From an uncultured Chloroflexia bacterium (lineage in GTDB: Bacteria; Chloroflexota; Limnocylindria; Limnocylindrales; CSP1-4): 64,000 nucleotides of DNA. The number at the start of each line of letters is the position of its first letter. Position 1 is the first letter of the stretch. Positions 43,708 through 53,774 of this stretch are shown here, piece by piece. The notes below the pieces were generated by a model. The model was not told the origin of the DNA and searched no databases. It worked only from the letters and a program-made list of their open reading frames with translations. Made by a program: the position numbers and the translations under genes. The DNA lies in the NCBI GenBank assembly GCA_963712745.1, contig CAVQJC010000004.1:233791-297790 (forward strand), read 5' to 3'.

Positions 43708-44985
43708 ATGGAGACTCCCTTGCGCATCCCTATGAACCACCGACCGCGCGTGCTCGTCGCGCTCGCGGGCGCCATCAGTATCAGCAGCGTCGCACTCATC
43801 GGCCCCTCCGCAGCCTTCGCGGCGCAGGGCGACAACGACATCGTCATCGATGTCATCGAGCGGGTGACGCCCGCCGTGGTGACCATCCAGTCACCCCCTG
43901 GCTCATTCGCCATCGTTTCCGACGAGCGCCAGCTACCCCAGGACTTCGAGTTGCCCGAGGATCTGGGTCTGCCGCCGGACTTCGAACTGCCGGAAGGTGC
44001 CCAGATGCCGCGCGACCTGCAGGAGCTCATGGACCTGTTGCCGGACGGATTCCAGTTGCCCGAAGGGTTCGAGATGCCCGAGGGCCTCGATATCCCCTTC
44101 GGCGGGCCCCAGGGCTTCGGCTTCGGCGGCAGCGGCTCCGGCGTGGTCATCTCCCAGGACGGGCTCATCATCACCAACGGCCACGTGGTCGGTGATGCGG
44201 AGACCGTCAACGTCATCCTCGATGACGGCTCGGTCCTGGAGGGCACGGTCACGGGCGTGGACACGCTCACCGACTTCGCCTTCGTCGACGTCGAGGCCAG
44301 CGACCTGCCCGCGGTGACGCTCGGCGACTCCAGCGGTGTCAAGGTCGGCCAGCTGGCCATCAGCATCGGCAACCCCCTGGGCCGCTTCCCCAGCAGCGCG
44401 GCGGTCGGCATCATCAGCGGCCTCGACCGCAGCATCGACGTCTTCGGTAGCAGCCAGAGCGGCAACCGCCTCAACCATCTGATGCAGACCGACGCCGCCA
44501 TCAACTCGGGCAACTCCGGAGGGGCGCTCTTCAACGGTGACGGCGAGCTCATCGGCATCACCACCGCCGAGGCCGGCATCAATGACGGCATCGGCTTCGC
44601 ACTACCCATCGACCTGGCCAAGCCGATCATCGATCAGGCCCGTGCCGGGGAGGCTATCTCCCGTCCCTACGTCGGCGTCATCTACAGCGAGATCGACGCT
44701 CGAGTGGCCGAGGAGGAGTCGCTGCCGGTGACGTCCGGTGCCTGGATCGGCGGTGCATCGGAGGGTCAGGATCCGATCGTCGAGGGCAGTCCGGCGGATG
44801 AGGCCGGCCTCCAGCCCGGCGACATCATCACGGCCGTAGAGGGCCTCGCGGTCGATCGCAGCAACCCGCTCGACCTGCAGGTCCTGCGTTTCGCGCCGGG
44901 GGACGAGATCACGCTCGACGTCCTGCGTGATGGCGAGGCCCTGGAACTGCAGGCAACCCTCGGCGAGCGCCCGGCCGACCTCTAG
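43708..44985 (+). CDS. HtrA/DegP-like serine protease with one PDZ domain
   Basis: GSGSGVVI, ITNGHVV, TDFA, QTDAAINSGNSGG and PDZ (GSPADEAGLQPGDII). Confidence 0.94.
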   Translation: METPLRIPMNHRPRVLVALAGAISISSVALIGPSAAFAAQGDNDIVIDVIERVTPAVVTIQSPPGSFAIVSDERQLPQDFELPEDLGLPPDFELPEGAQMPRDLQELMDLLPDGFQLPEGFEMPEGLDIPFGGPQGFGFGGSGSGVVISQDGLIITNGHVVGDAETVNVILDDGSVLEGTVTGVDTLTDFAFVDVEASDLPAVTLGDSSGVKVGQLAISIGNPLGRFPSSAAVGIISGLDRSIDVFGSSQSGNRLNHLMQTDAAINSGNSGGALFNGDGELIGITTAEAGINDGIGFALPIDLAKPIIDQARAGEAISRPYVGVIYSEIDARVAEEESLPVTSGAWIGGASEGQDPIVEGSPADEAGLQPGDIITAVEGLAVDRSNPLDLQVLRFAPGDEITLDVLRDGEALELQATLGERPADL

Positions 44986-45001
44986 CACCGCTCGCACCCA
45001 C

Positions 45002-45037
45002 AGCGGCCCTGTCAGTCGTCGACAGGGCCGCTTCTTC
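45002..45037 (+). terminator. Intrinsic terminator after htrA
   Basis: 12-bp stem agcggccctgtc/gacagggccgct followed by tcttc. Confidence 0.7.
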
Positions 45038-45103
45038 ATGCTCCGGGCCCTGCTAGCATGGCCCGATCCCGCCCACCGTCAGCAGAGGAGGCCAGCCGAG
45101 TCG

Positions 45104-45493
45104 ATGCCCCCCACCGAGCACCTCCAGCGCGTCCCGCAGGTGGCCCTCGGCCGCCTGCTGCACCAGGGGCTGTTCACGACCGGTCTTTTCCTCGAGGTCT
45201 CCGAGACACCGACCCGGCGCCTGTACCTGGCCGACCAGATCGGCGTAAGCATCAACGAGATCAACGACTGGCGCGACGAGGCGCTCCTGCTGAACCTCGC
45301 CAACTTCGGCCCGCAGGAACAGCGCATCCTTACCCAGGCTGGCATCGTGGGGCTCGAGGACGTGCTCGAGTGTGATGCCGACTCATTCCACGATCGTGTG
45401 GTCGAGGCGGCCTACGCGCTCAGCGTCGATGCCCCCGAGGACCTGGCCATCCAGGGCTGGTACGACCAGGCACACGTCCTCGCAGAGGGCTAG
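45104..45493 (+). CDS. DUF4332-like helix-hairpin-helix protein
   Basis: RRLYLADQIGVS...W...LLNLANFGPQEQRILTQAGI pattern. Confidence 0.6.
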   Translation: MPPTEHLQRVPQVALGRLLHQGLFTTGLFLEVSETPTRRLYLADQIGVSINEINDWRDEALLLNLANFGPQEQRILTQAGIVGLEDVLECDADSFHDRVVEAAYALSVDAPEDLAIQGWYDQAHVLAEG

Positions 45494-45494
45494 T

Positions 45495-46184
45495 CCGGCG
45501 ATCCCTGCACTGGGTCTACCCGCCCGCATCGGTCTCTTCGTCGCCACCATCCTGGCCATCGTGGCGCTTGCGCTGCTTCCCCTGCTGACACCCTGGTTCA
45601 TCCATGCCGCCCTCGATGCGGCAGGCTCGGCCGACCGGCTCGGCCTGACCCCCGACCAGGTCCACAGCATCTCCGACCGCTCTGTCGCGGAGCTGGTGCT
45701 GGGTCCGGGCAGCTTCGAGATCGAGGGCCCGGACGGCCAGCCCTTCTACGACGCCGATGAGCGCGCCCATCTCGGCGATGCCCGCCTGCTGCTGGGCGTC
45801 GCCCTCCTCCTTGGCGGCATCGCCATCGTCGGCATCGGGGCTGCTCTCGGACGCTGGCGCGACCGGCGTCGGGCAGTCTGGACCGTCATCCGCCGAGCCG
45901 GCCTGACCACCGCCATCGCCGTGGTCCTGCTCGGCTTCATCTCCCTGGTGGCGTTCGACTCGCTCTTCACGCTCTTCCACCAGGTCGTCTTTCCGGGCGG
46001 CAACTGGTCCTTCGACCCGTCGACGCAACGGCTGGTCCAGCTCTATCCATTCCGCTTCTGGCAGATCGCCGCGGCCGCGTTGGGTGTGCTGGTGTTCCTC
46101 CTCGGCCTTGCGACGTGGGCCCTGGGTCGCTGGCTGAGCCGAGCCGGGCTGGCCGGTTCGACACCGTACGGCGATGAGGGCTAG
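45495..46184 (+). CDS. DUF1461/TIGR01906-like integral membrane protein (start uncertain)
   Basis: ERAHLGDAR, FDSLFTLFHQVVFPGGNWSFDP and LVQLYP..FW. Confidence 0.75.
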   Translation, partial: PAIPALGLPARIGLFVATILAIVALALLPLLTPWFIHAALDAAGSADRLGLTPDQVHSISDRSVAELVLGPGSFEIEGPDGQPFYDADERAHLGDARLLLGVALLLGGIAIVGIGAALGRWRDRRRAVWTVIRRAGLTTAIAVVLLGFISLVAFDSLFTLFHQVVFPGGNWSFDPSTQRLVQLYPFRFWQIAAAALGVLVFLLGLATWALGRWLSRAGLAGSTPYGDEG

Positions 46185-46193
46185 TCTCGGGTC

Positions 46194-47471
46194 ATGGCCG
46201 GGACCGATCTGCTGACACTGGAGCAGGCTCGCGCGCGCATGCTCGAGGACGTGCTGCCGCTGCGGGCCGGGTCGTTGCCGCTGGCCGAGGCACTCGGACG
46301 CGTGCTGGCAGAGGAGTCGGTGGCCTTGCTGACACTGCCACCCTGGGACAACTCCGCCATGGACGGGTTCGCCGTCCGCAGCCACGACGTCGCAGCTGCG
46401 AGCGCCGACGACCCGGTCACGCTCCGGGTGGTGGGCGAGGTCGCAGCCGGGCACGAGCCCGAGGCCTCCGTCGAGCCCGGCACGGCCATGCGCGTGTTGA
46501 CCGGCGGGATGCTGCCGCCCGGAGCCGATGCCGTGGTCAAGGTCGAGGACACCGACGCTCCCCCGGGTGTTGCCGAGCTGCCGGCCACGATCGCGGTCCG
46601 GTCTGCCGTGGCCCGGGGCAAGGACATCCGGCTGGCCGGCAGCGACATGCGCCAGGGCGACCGCCTGCTCGCCCCCGGGACCCGCATCAACCCGCGCACC
46701 ATCTCCGTGCTGGCGGCGGCCGGACACGCTCGAGTCAACGTCCATCGCCTCCCGCGAGTGGGCATCCTCTCGACCGGTGACGAGCTGACAGCGATCGGCG
46801 AGCCGCTTGGGCCGGCCTCGATCGCCGACAGCAACAGCGAGTCGCTCGCCGCGCAGGTCACGGCCGCCGGTGCCGAACCGGTGCGACTCGGCATCGCCGC
46901 CGACGATCGCGAGACCATCCGCGAGCGGGTCCTCCAAGGCATCCTGGCGACCGACGTGCTCGTGGTCAGCGGCGGCGTTTCCGTGGGCGCCCACGACCAC
47001 GTCAAGGAGGTCTTCGAAGAGGTCGGCACGCTCGATCTCTGGCGCGTGGCCATCCAGCCGGGCAAGCCGCTGGCCTACGGCAGCGCCCCCCGACCAGACG
47101 GTGGCTACTGCCTGCTCTTCGGCCTGCCGGGCAATCCGGTGAGCAGTTTCGTGACCTTCGAGCTGTTCGTCCGCCCGGTGCTGCGGCGTCTGCGTGGCGA
47201 GTCCGGAGACCAGGGTCGCCTGACGGTCCGGGCACGACTGGCCGAGGCAGTCTCGAAGTCGGCACAACGCCGTGCCTTCATCCGCGTGCGCCTGGAGCCC
47301 GATCCCGACCGTGCCGGGGGCCTGCTCGCCAGGCCGTCCGGCGCGCAGGGCTCCCACGTGCTCTCGGCACTGGCCCAGGCCGACGGACTGGCCGTCATCC
47401 CCGAGGGCCCGCCGAGCGTGTCCGCCGATACCGAAGTGGAGGTCATCCGACTTGACGTCGAAGTCGCGTGA
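46194..47471 (+). CDS. moeA: Molybdopterin molybdenumtransferase MoeA
   Basis: DNSAMDGFAV, TGGMLPPGADAVV, STGDEL, SGGVSVG, PGKP and GLPGNPVS. Confidence 0.96.
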   Translation: MAGTDLLTLEQARARMLEDVLPLRAGSLPLAEALGRVLAEESVALLTLPPWDNSAMDGFAVRSHDVAAASADDPVTLRVVGEVAAGHEPEASVEPGTAMRVLTGGMLPPGADAVVKVEDTDAPPGVAELPATIAVRSAVARGKDIRLAGSDMRQGDRLLAPGTRINPRTISVLAAAGHARVNVHRLPRVGILSTGDELTAIGEPLGPASIADSNSESLAAQVTAAGAEPVRLGIAADDRETIRERVLQGILATDVLVVSGGVSVGAHDHVKEVFEEVGTLDLWRVAIQPGKPLAYGSAPRPDGGYCLLFGLPGNPVSSFVTFELFVRPVLRRLRGESGDQGRLTVRARLAEAVSKSAQRRAFIRVRLEPDPDRAGGLLARPSGAQGSHVLSALAQADGLAVIPEGPPSVSADTEVEVIRLDVEVA

Positions 47472-48066
47472 GTCGTGGCCGGGAGGCCAGAAGAACCAAG
47501 CGCCGGCCAGTCGCAAGGAGCGCCGCCGTCTGAGCCACGTCGACCGCGTGGGCAGACCACGCATGGTCGACGTGAGCGACAAGCCGGTGAGCCCGCGGCG
47601 CGCGGTCGCCGAAGCCACGGTCAAGATGGACCAGGACACGCTCACGCTCATCATCGACGGATCGGGGTCCAAGGGCGACGTGCTCAGCGTGGCCGAGCTG
47701 GCCGGGATCATGGCCGCCAAGCGCACGGCCGAGCTCATCCCGCTGTGTCATCCGCTCCCCCTCACCGATCTGAGCGTGGAGATCACGCCCGACCGCAAGG
47801 CAGGGACGTTGACCATCACCACCGCGGCCGCGACGACGGCGCAGACCGGGGTCGAGATGGAGGCCATGACCGCAGCCGCGGTGGCCGCACTCACCGTCTA
47901 CGACATGGTCAAGAGCGCCGACCGTTTCGTGACCATCACCGCGGTCCGGTTGCTCGAGAAGAGCGGCGGCGAGAGCGGCCACTGGAAGCGACCCGCGCCC
48001 AAGGAGACCGCTGCCGGAGCGGAAGCCCAGCCGGCCAAGCGGGCCCGCAGCCCGCGGAAGGGATAG
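47468..48066 (+). CDS. moaC: Cyclic pyranopterin monophosphate synthase MoaC (5' end probably frameshifted near 47483)
   Basis: LSHVD...MVDVSDK, KGDVL, AAKRTAELIPLCHP and TGVEMEAM...YDMVKS. Confidence 0.93.
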
Positions 48067-48075
48067 GGCAGCGCC

Positions 48076-48576
48076 ATGCCGCACGAATCGAGCGTCGAGG
48101 GCCTGGGCGCGCTGGTGCTGACCGTCAGCGACGGAGTCAGTGCCGGCGCCCGCGAGGACCGCAGCGGAGCGGTGGTAGCGGAGCGCCTGAGCGCGCTGGG
48201 CTTCGCGGTCCGGCGCGCGGTGGTGGCAGACGAGCCGGACCAGATCGCACGCATCGTGGCCGAGGCCGCGGACGGCGGGACCAGACTCGTGGTCACCTCC
48301 GGCGGCACCGGGCTCGGGCCGCGTGATCGCACGCCCGAAGGCGTTGGCACGATCGTCGACTACGTCGTGCCCGGCTTCGGCGAGGCCATGCGCGCGGAGG
48401 GCCGCACGCACACGCCACTCGCCTCGCTCTCGCGCTCGTTCGGGGCCGTCCGCGGGCAGACCCTCATCATCTGCGTGCCGGGCAGCCCGAAAGGTGCCCT
48501 CGAGTCACTTGACGCGGTCGACATGATCCTGGGCCACACGCTTGAGACGCTGGGCGGCCGGACGGCTCACTCCTAG
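48076..48576 (+). CDS. MogA/MoaB molybdopterin adenylyltransferase
   Basis: LTVSD, DRSG, TSGGTGLGPRDRTPE, LSRS and VPGSP. Confidence 0.92.
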   Translation: MPHESSVEGLGALVLTVSDGVSAGAREDRSGAVVAERLSALGFAVRRAVVADEPDQIARIVAEAADGGTRLVVTSGGTGLGPRDRTPEGVGTIVDYVVPGFGEAMRAEGRTHTPLASLSRSFGAVRGQTLIICVPGSPKGALESLDAVDMILGHTLETLGGRTAHS

Positions 48577-48617
48577 AGGCAGGGCCCGCCCGTCGGCGTG
48601 GTGTAACCTCACGAGCG

Positions 48618-49181
48618 ATGCGCTGTCCACACTGCGGGACGCTGGACGGCCGGGTCATCGACTCCCGGGATCTCGACGATTCGACCACCGTCCGCCGGCG
48701 CCGCGAATGCTCTTCCTGCCGTTCGCGCTACACGACCTATGAGCGCGTCGAATCGGCGCGCCTCATCGTGGTCAAGAACAACGGCAGCCGCGAGGAGTTC
48801 GACCGCGACAAACTCGCCGAGGGCCTCGGCAAGTCGCTCGTGCGCCGGCCGGTGGGGGAGGGTGCCGCCGATGAAGCCGCCGATGACATCGAAGCCACCC
48901 TCCGCGCCGGCGGTGTCAACGAAGTCACCTCCAGGGAGATCGGCGAGATGGCCATGGAACGGCTGCGAGCGCTCGACCACATCGCCTTCATCCGCTTCAT
49001 GAGCGTGTACCAGTCGTTCGACGACATCGAGCAACTCAAGCAGGAGGTCGACGCGCTCTACGACGAGCGCAGTGACCGCGTGCCGGGCCAGACGACGCTG
49101 AGGCTGGTAGCGGAAGATGGGGCCATCACACCCATCGGCCCGCGCGGGACTCCCAGGCGGCGACCGACCAAGCGCAAGTAG
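48618..49181 (+). CDS. nrdR: Transcriptional repressor NrdR
   Basis: MRCPHC...VIDSR...[20 protein letters not shown] cone and AFIRFMSVY. Confidence 0.96.
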   Translation: MRCPHCGTLDGRVIDSRDLDDSTTVRRRRECSSCRSRYTTYERVESARLIVVKNNGSREEFDRDKLAEGLGKSLVRRPVGEGAADEAADDIEATLRAGGVNEVTSREIGEMAMERLRALDHIAFIRFMSVYQSFDDIEQLKQEVDALYDERSDRVPGQTTLRLVAEDGAITPIGPRGTPRRRPTKRK

Positions 49182-49188
49182 GGAGCCC

Positions 49189-50832
49189 ATGAGCGTCCTC
49201 GCCGACCGCGACATCCGTACCGCCCTGCAGGAGGGGCGGATTCGTATCGACCCCTTCGACGAGGATTGCCTCCAGCCGTCCTCGGTCGACCTCCACCTCG
49301 ACCGGGAGTTCCGCGTCTTCCACAACTATCGCTACGACCGTATCGACCCGCGCACCGAGCAGCCCGACCTGACCGAAGCCACCGCCATCGACGGCGACGA
49401 GCCCTTCATCCTCCACCCGGGCGAGTTCGTGCTCGGCCAGACGCTCGAATGGGTGGAGCTGCCCGACGACCTCGTCTCCCGACTGGAAGGGAAGGCGCTG
49501 GCGCTCGACACACCGGTCCCCACCCCGACCGGATGGCGGACGATGGGCGACCTGATGCCGGGCGACTACGTCTTCGATGAGCGGGGGGCACCGACGCCGG
49601 TCGTCGCGGCCACCGCGCCCATGTTGGATCGACCGTGCCGCGAAGTGACATTCTCGGATGGAGGACGAGTCGTGGCCGATGCGGCGCATCGATGGGTGAC
49701 CGTCGACAGGAACAGCCACCTGAGGGCCCGGAGTATCTCGCGGATCCGCACCACCGATGAGATCGCCCGCACGATCCGGGTGCGGGGAGAGATGAACCAC
49801 CACGTCGCGCTCGCCGGACCGGTCCAGTACCCGCATCGGCTGGACCTTCCCATCGACCCGTACACGCTCGGTGCGTGGCTGGGAGATGGCGCAACGACCG
49901 CTGCTGAGATCACCTGCTCTGACGAGCAGATCCTCGAGCGGATCAGCGGTGACGGCTACGAGGTCAGGCGACTCTCGTACGCCCCCGGACTGCACCGGAT
50001 CGGCGGTATCGGCCAGACGCGAGATCCCCGGACCGGGCGCAATGTGCGCAACGGAGCGCTCGCGAGCAGCCTGCGCGGCCTCGGTCTGCTGGAGGGCAAG
50101 TTCGTGCCCCGCCCGTACCTGGAGGCAGGCATCGAGCAGCGGCAGGCGCTGCTCGGCGGTCTCATGGACACAGACGGGTTCGTGGAAGACCGCGCCGGTC
50201 GGTGCGAATTCACGAGTACCCGGGAGGGGCTGGCCGACGACGTCGTAGAACTGGCGGCAAGCCTCGGCTTCCGGCCGGTCAAGTCCGTCGGTCGGGCGAT
50301 GCTCGATGGCATCGACCATGGGCCGACGTATCGGGTCAGGTTCACCCCCGACCGGCCGGTGTTCGGGCTATCCCGAGAACTGCGACGTCAGCAGCCGGCG
50401 GATGCCCGTTTCCACCGCTTCCGCGCAGTCGACGTTGTCCGAGAGATACCGTCGGTCCCGGTCCGCTGCATCCAGGTGGGTTCGCCCAGCGGTCAGTTCC
50501 TCATCACCAAGTCGTTCATCCCGACACACAACAGCTCGCTGGGCCGCCTGGGCCTGCTCATCCACTCGACGGCCGGCTACGTGGACCCCGGATGGAAGGG
50601 CAACCTCACGCTCGAGCTCTCGAACGTGGCAAACCTGCCCATCGCCCTCTTCTTCGGCATGCGCATCGGCCAGATCTCGTTCTTCGAGATGTCCAGCCCG
50701 GTCGAGCGGCCCTATGGCAGCAAGGGCCTGGGTTCGCGCTACCAGGGCCAATCGACGCCCACCGCATCGGGCGCCTACCGCGACTTCGAGGCCAACCGGC
50801 GCATGACCAGGGGCGGACCCAGCAGCCCATGA
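49189..50832 (+). CDS. dcd: dCTP deaminase precursor containing an intein (spliced product about 201 aa)
   Basis: N-extein [10 protein letters not shown]...LHPGEFVLG...SRLEGK and C-extein [29 protein letters not shown]...RIGQ...YQGQ. Confidence 0.95.
   Translation: MSVLADRDIRTALQEGRIRIDPFDEDCLQPSSVDLHLDREFRVFHNYRYDRIDPRTEQPDLTEATAIDGDEPFILHPGEFVLGQTLEWVELPDDLVSRLEGKALALDTPVPTPTGWRTMGDLMPGDYVFDERGAPTPVVAATAPMLDRPCREVTFSDGGRVVADAAHRWVTVDRNSHLRARSISRIRTTDEIARTIRVRGEMNHHVALAGPVQYPHRLDLPIDPYTLGAWLGDGATTAAEITCSDEQILERISGDGYEVRRLSYAPGLHRIGGIGQTRDPRTGRNVRNGALASSLRGLGLLEGKFVPRPYLEAGIEQRQALLGGLMDTDGFVEDRAGRCEFTSTREGLADDVVELAASLGFRPVKSVGRAMLDGIDHGPTYRVRFTPDRPVFGLSRELRRQQPADARFHRFRAVDVVREIPSVPVRCIQVGSPSGQFLITKSFIPTHNSSLGRLGLLIHSTAGYVDPGWKGNLTLELSNVANLPIALFFGMRIGQISFFEMSSPVERPYGSKGLGSRYQGQSTPTASGAYRDFEANRRMTRGGPSSP
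49495..50532 (+). mobile_element. Class-3 intein (Ala1, WCT triad) with LAGLIDADG homing endonuclease, 346 aa
   Basis: Begins [14 protein letters not shown]; block B DAAHRW; LAGLIDADG motifs LGAWLGDG and [10 protein letters not shown]; block F PVRCIQV; ends IPTHN followed by Ser. Confidence 0.95.
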
Positions 50833-51689
50833 CCATCGACGCCAGCGCCGAGTGGCGCGCCGATCTCGGTGGCGGCACCAGCATCACCCTCATACAGGCC
50901 GGCCTCTTCACGACCGACGCCGGCACGATCCTGGGCCCGGTCCCACGCGAGATGTGGGAACACCTCGTCGACGATGAGCTCGACGAGCGGCACCGTATCC
51001 CTCAGGCCCTCAACTGCCTCGTGGTCGAGACGCCGTCTGGCCGTGTCCTCGTCGAGACCGGCATCGGCGAACGCATGGACGACCACCACATGGAGCAGCG
51101 CGGCGTGCGCGGCGAGCCCATCCTGCCTTCACTCCGGACGGCCGGCTTCGACCCTCGGTCGGTCGACTACGTGGCGCTCTCACACCTGCACTTCGACCAC
51201 GCCGGCGGGCTGCTGACCGCGGCCGGGGAGTACGCCTTTCCCCGTGCGCGCATCGTGGCCCAGGCGGACGAGTGGGACTACGCCCTGGGCTCCAACCCGC
51301 GCCTGGTGGCCTCGTACGAGCAGGCCGAGCTTCGCCTCGCCGAAGCCTGGGCCCGGCCGGGTTCCGCAGACGGAGACGAGGAGCTCATGCCCGGCGTCGA
51401 GGTGCGCCGCACCAGCGGCCACTCGGGCGGTCACCAGGCCATCATCGTGCGCGGCCGCGACGAGACCGTGGCCTTCATCGGCGACCTCTTCATGCGCCCG
51501 TGGTCGGCCAACCCGCGCTGGATCACCTCGTTCGACGACTTCCCGCTGACGAGCGTGGAAGTCAAGGCCGCGCTCTTCGCGGAGGCTGCGGCCGAGGACT
51601 GGACCATCGTGCTCTCGCATGAGCCGCGCCGGCCGGTGGGCAAGCTGCGCCCGTACAAGGACAAGTACCGCTTCGAATCGCTCCTCTAG
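50829..51689 (+). CDS. MBL-fold metallo-hydrolase (YtnP-like)
   Basis: [20 protein letters not shown] and SHE. Confidence 0.9.
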   Translation: MTIDASAEWRADLGGGTSITLIQAGLFTTDAGTILGPVPREMWEHLVDDELDERHRIPQALNCLVVETPSGRVLVETGIGERMDDHHMEQRGVRGEPILPSLRTAGFDPRSVDYVALSHLHFDHAGGLLTAAGEYAFPRARIVAQADEWDYALGSNPRLVASYEQAELRLAEAWARPGSADGDEELMPGVEVRRTSGHSGGHQAIIVRGRDETVAFIGDLFMRPWSANPRWITSFDDFPLTSVEVKAALFAEAAAEDWTIVLSHEPRRPVGKLRPYKDKYRFESLL

Positions 51690-51892
51690 CCGGCGCCGTC
51701 GAGCAGTGTCATTCGCGCCAGACGTCGCCAAGGGCGACCGTAGTCGCGCACGTAGCCACTGTGAACACTGGTGAGGGGCGACGGCGCATGCGGAGCGGGT
51801 CCATTCGATAGCCAGGCGTCGCCAGAGGCGACATGTGGCCTGGTCGCCTGCCCCGATGTGCGACTACCGTCGGCCGGGGCGACGTATGTCGA

Positions 51893-52594
51893 TCAGGGCG
51901 CGCTCGTCGGCTCGCTAGCGTCGCTGTCCGCGACGCCTGGCCACGAGGCCGAGTCGAGCAGGGGCTCGATGATGCCGGCGGCCGTCTCGCGATCCACGGG
52001 ACCGTAGCGCAAGTGGTGGATGGCACCGTCGGCGTCGATGAAGACATGCGTCGGCAACCCGAAGCCCCGATACGTCTCGAAGACCGCGCCCGTGGCGTCG
52101 AAACCGATGATGTAGGGGAGTGAGTATTGCTCGGCGTAGGCCGCGACGTCCTCGGCGGTCGTCTCCTGCACGCTCACCGCGATCATCTCGAGGCCGTCCT
52201 CGTGGTAGACCGCGTAGGTGTCACGCAGGACGGGTGTTTCCTCCTGGCACGGCGGGCACCAGGTGGCGAAGAAGCTGAGCCATACGGGACTGCCGCGCAG
52301 GGCGGCGAGGCTGATGGGAGCGCCGTCCAGGCCGAGCAAGGGCTCGGTCCGGCCCTCGACCTCGGCTTCCAGCTCCGGCGCCAGCTGGCCGAGCTCCAGG
52401 CCGGTCGTCCGCTCGCCGGTCTGGTAGAAACCCGATCCGGGGGACGCGATCTGCGCCTCGGGCGCGCTGACGGGCGTGGCCAGCAATGCCAGCAGGCCGG
52501 CTGCCACGACGAGCACGACCACGAGGATGACAAGGTGGCCGAGCGTGAACGGACCGATGACCTGTCGTTGCCATCGTGAGGCGGGGGTCGACAT
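51893..52594 (-). CDS. Membrane-anchored TlpA/ResA thiol-disulfide oxidoreductase
   Basis: TM helix, [12 protein letters not shown] and GLPTHVFID. Confidence 0.92.
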   Translation of the reverse strand: MSTPASRWQRQVIGPFTLGHLVILVVVLVVAAGLLALLATPVSAPEAQIASPGSGFYQTGERTTGLELGQLAPELEAEVEGRTEPLLGLDGAPISLAALRGSPVWLSFFATWCPPCQEETPVLRDTYAVYHEDGLEMIAVSVQETTAEDVAAYAEQYSLPYIIGFDATGAVFETYRGFGLPTHVFIDADGAIHHLRYGPVDRETAAGIIEPLLDSASWPGVADSDASEPTSAP

Positions 52595-52621
52595 GCCCGG
52601 CCATTGTGGCCCGGGTCGGCG

Positions 52622-53431
52622 TCAGACGCTGGGGATGAGCCAGGCCAGCTCGCGTGCCACCAGGCCCAGCCAGTCGAAGATGAGCGCGAAACCGAGGAAG
52701 ACCACCAGCGCGCCACCGACGATCTCGATGAGGCGGCTGTAGCGCAGCAACGGCCTGGTGATGAGCGGGGCGCGGTCCACCGCCAGGGCCATCAGGATGA
52801 AGGGGATGCCGAGGCCGATGGAGTAGGCCACCAGCAGACCCACGACCTGCGGGCTGGTGCCGACCGCGGCCATGGTGAGGATGGCGCCCAGCGTGGGCCC
52901 GATGCACGGCGTCCAGCCGATGGCGAAGACGGCGCCGAGCGCGAAGCCACCGATGACCCCGCCACGCCTGGCGCCGGGTCGCTCACCACCGAAGCGCTCC
53001 AGAGGCTTCCACGAGCGTGCCAGGGTGCGGAAGCGGAGCACACCCATGAGGTTGAGGCCCAGGATGATCAGGATGACACCGCCGATCTGGCGAAGCAGCG
53101 GCAGGTTCTCGCGCAACGGGCCGGCGGCAGCGTAGACGGCCACGCCGAAGACCGTGAAGACCACCGAGAAGCCCAGCACGAACGCGAAGGCGTTGGGCAT
53201 AGCCCGCCAGCCGGTGCGGGCCGGCCGAGCCGGGGTCGGGGCGGGTGTGTCGCTACCGCTGCTCAGCGCCGTGGCGCCAGCAGTGGCCAGGGCGGGGGAG
53301 GCCATGCCGATCGGATTCGACACCGCGAGGATGCCCAGCTGACCCAGGTACGCCGGCACCACCGGCAGCACGCACGGCGAGAGGAAGCTGATGATCCCCG
53401 CCAGCAGCGCCGCTCCGAGCGTCAGGTCCAC
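52622..53431 (-). CDS. ccdA: Cytochrome c biogenesis protein CcdA
   Basis: AGIISFLSPCVLP and GWTPCIGPTL; 6 TM helices. Confidence 0.94.
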   Translation of the reverse strand: MDLTLGAALLAGIISFLSPCVLPVVPAYLGQLGILAVSNPIGMASPALATAGATALSSGSDTPAPTPARPARTGWRAMPNAFAFVLGFSVVFTVFGVAVYAAAGPLRENLPLLRQIGGVILIILGLNLMGVLRFRTLARSWKPLERFGGERPGARRGGVIGGFALGAVFAIGWTPCIGPTLGAILTMAAVGTSPQVVGLLVAYSIGLGIPFILMALAVDRAPLITRPLLRYSRLIEIVGGALVVFLGFALIFDWLGLVARELAWLIPSV

Positions 53432-53447
53432 GAGCGCTCCGCGGGCC

Positions 53448-53723
53448 CTAGCTCGGCGTCGGCAAGGCGCGCTCCAGGAACTCGCGTACCTGGCGGCCGC
53501 TGGTCACGAGCTCGCTCTCGGTATCGCCGATGGCGAACACGGGGATGCGCCGGCGGTAGCGCCGTTCGAGCTCGGGATCGGCCGAGATGTCGATGCGCTC
53601 GACCCCCACGGGCCCCAGGCCCGCGCGTGCTCGCTGCGCGAGCTCGTCGCGGAGGAGCAACTCGGCGTCGTCGCACAGATGGCAGCCCGGGCGGCGGTAG
53701 ATGATCAGCGTGGGACGGGTCAT
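53448..53723 (-). CDS. Glutaredoxin-like protein (DUF836)
   Basis: YRRPGCHLCDDA...IDI...Y...IPV. Confidence 0.88.
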   Translation of the reverse strand: MTRPTLIIYRRPGCHLCDDAELLLRDELAQRARAGLGPVGVERIDISADPELERRYRRRIPVFAIGDTESELVTSGRQVREFLERALPTPS

Positions 53724-53774
53724 GTCGTTCATCGGTCTGGCCTGATTCTACGGTGCGCTACGATTCCATTCTGC

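Noticed and set aside
45516-47738. Long antisense ORFs (for example 740 aa here, 626 aa at 10988-12868 and 550 aa at 13494-15146)
   Set aside because: Shadow ORFs opposite well-supported genes, expected at about 70% GC.
48577-49188. NrdR boxes near nrdR/dcd
   Set aside because: No match to the acaCwAtATaTwGtg-type palindrome was seen.
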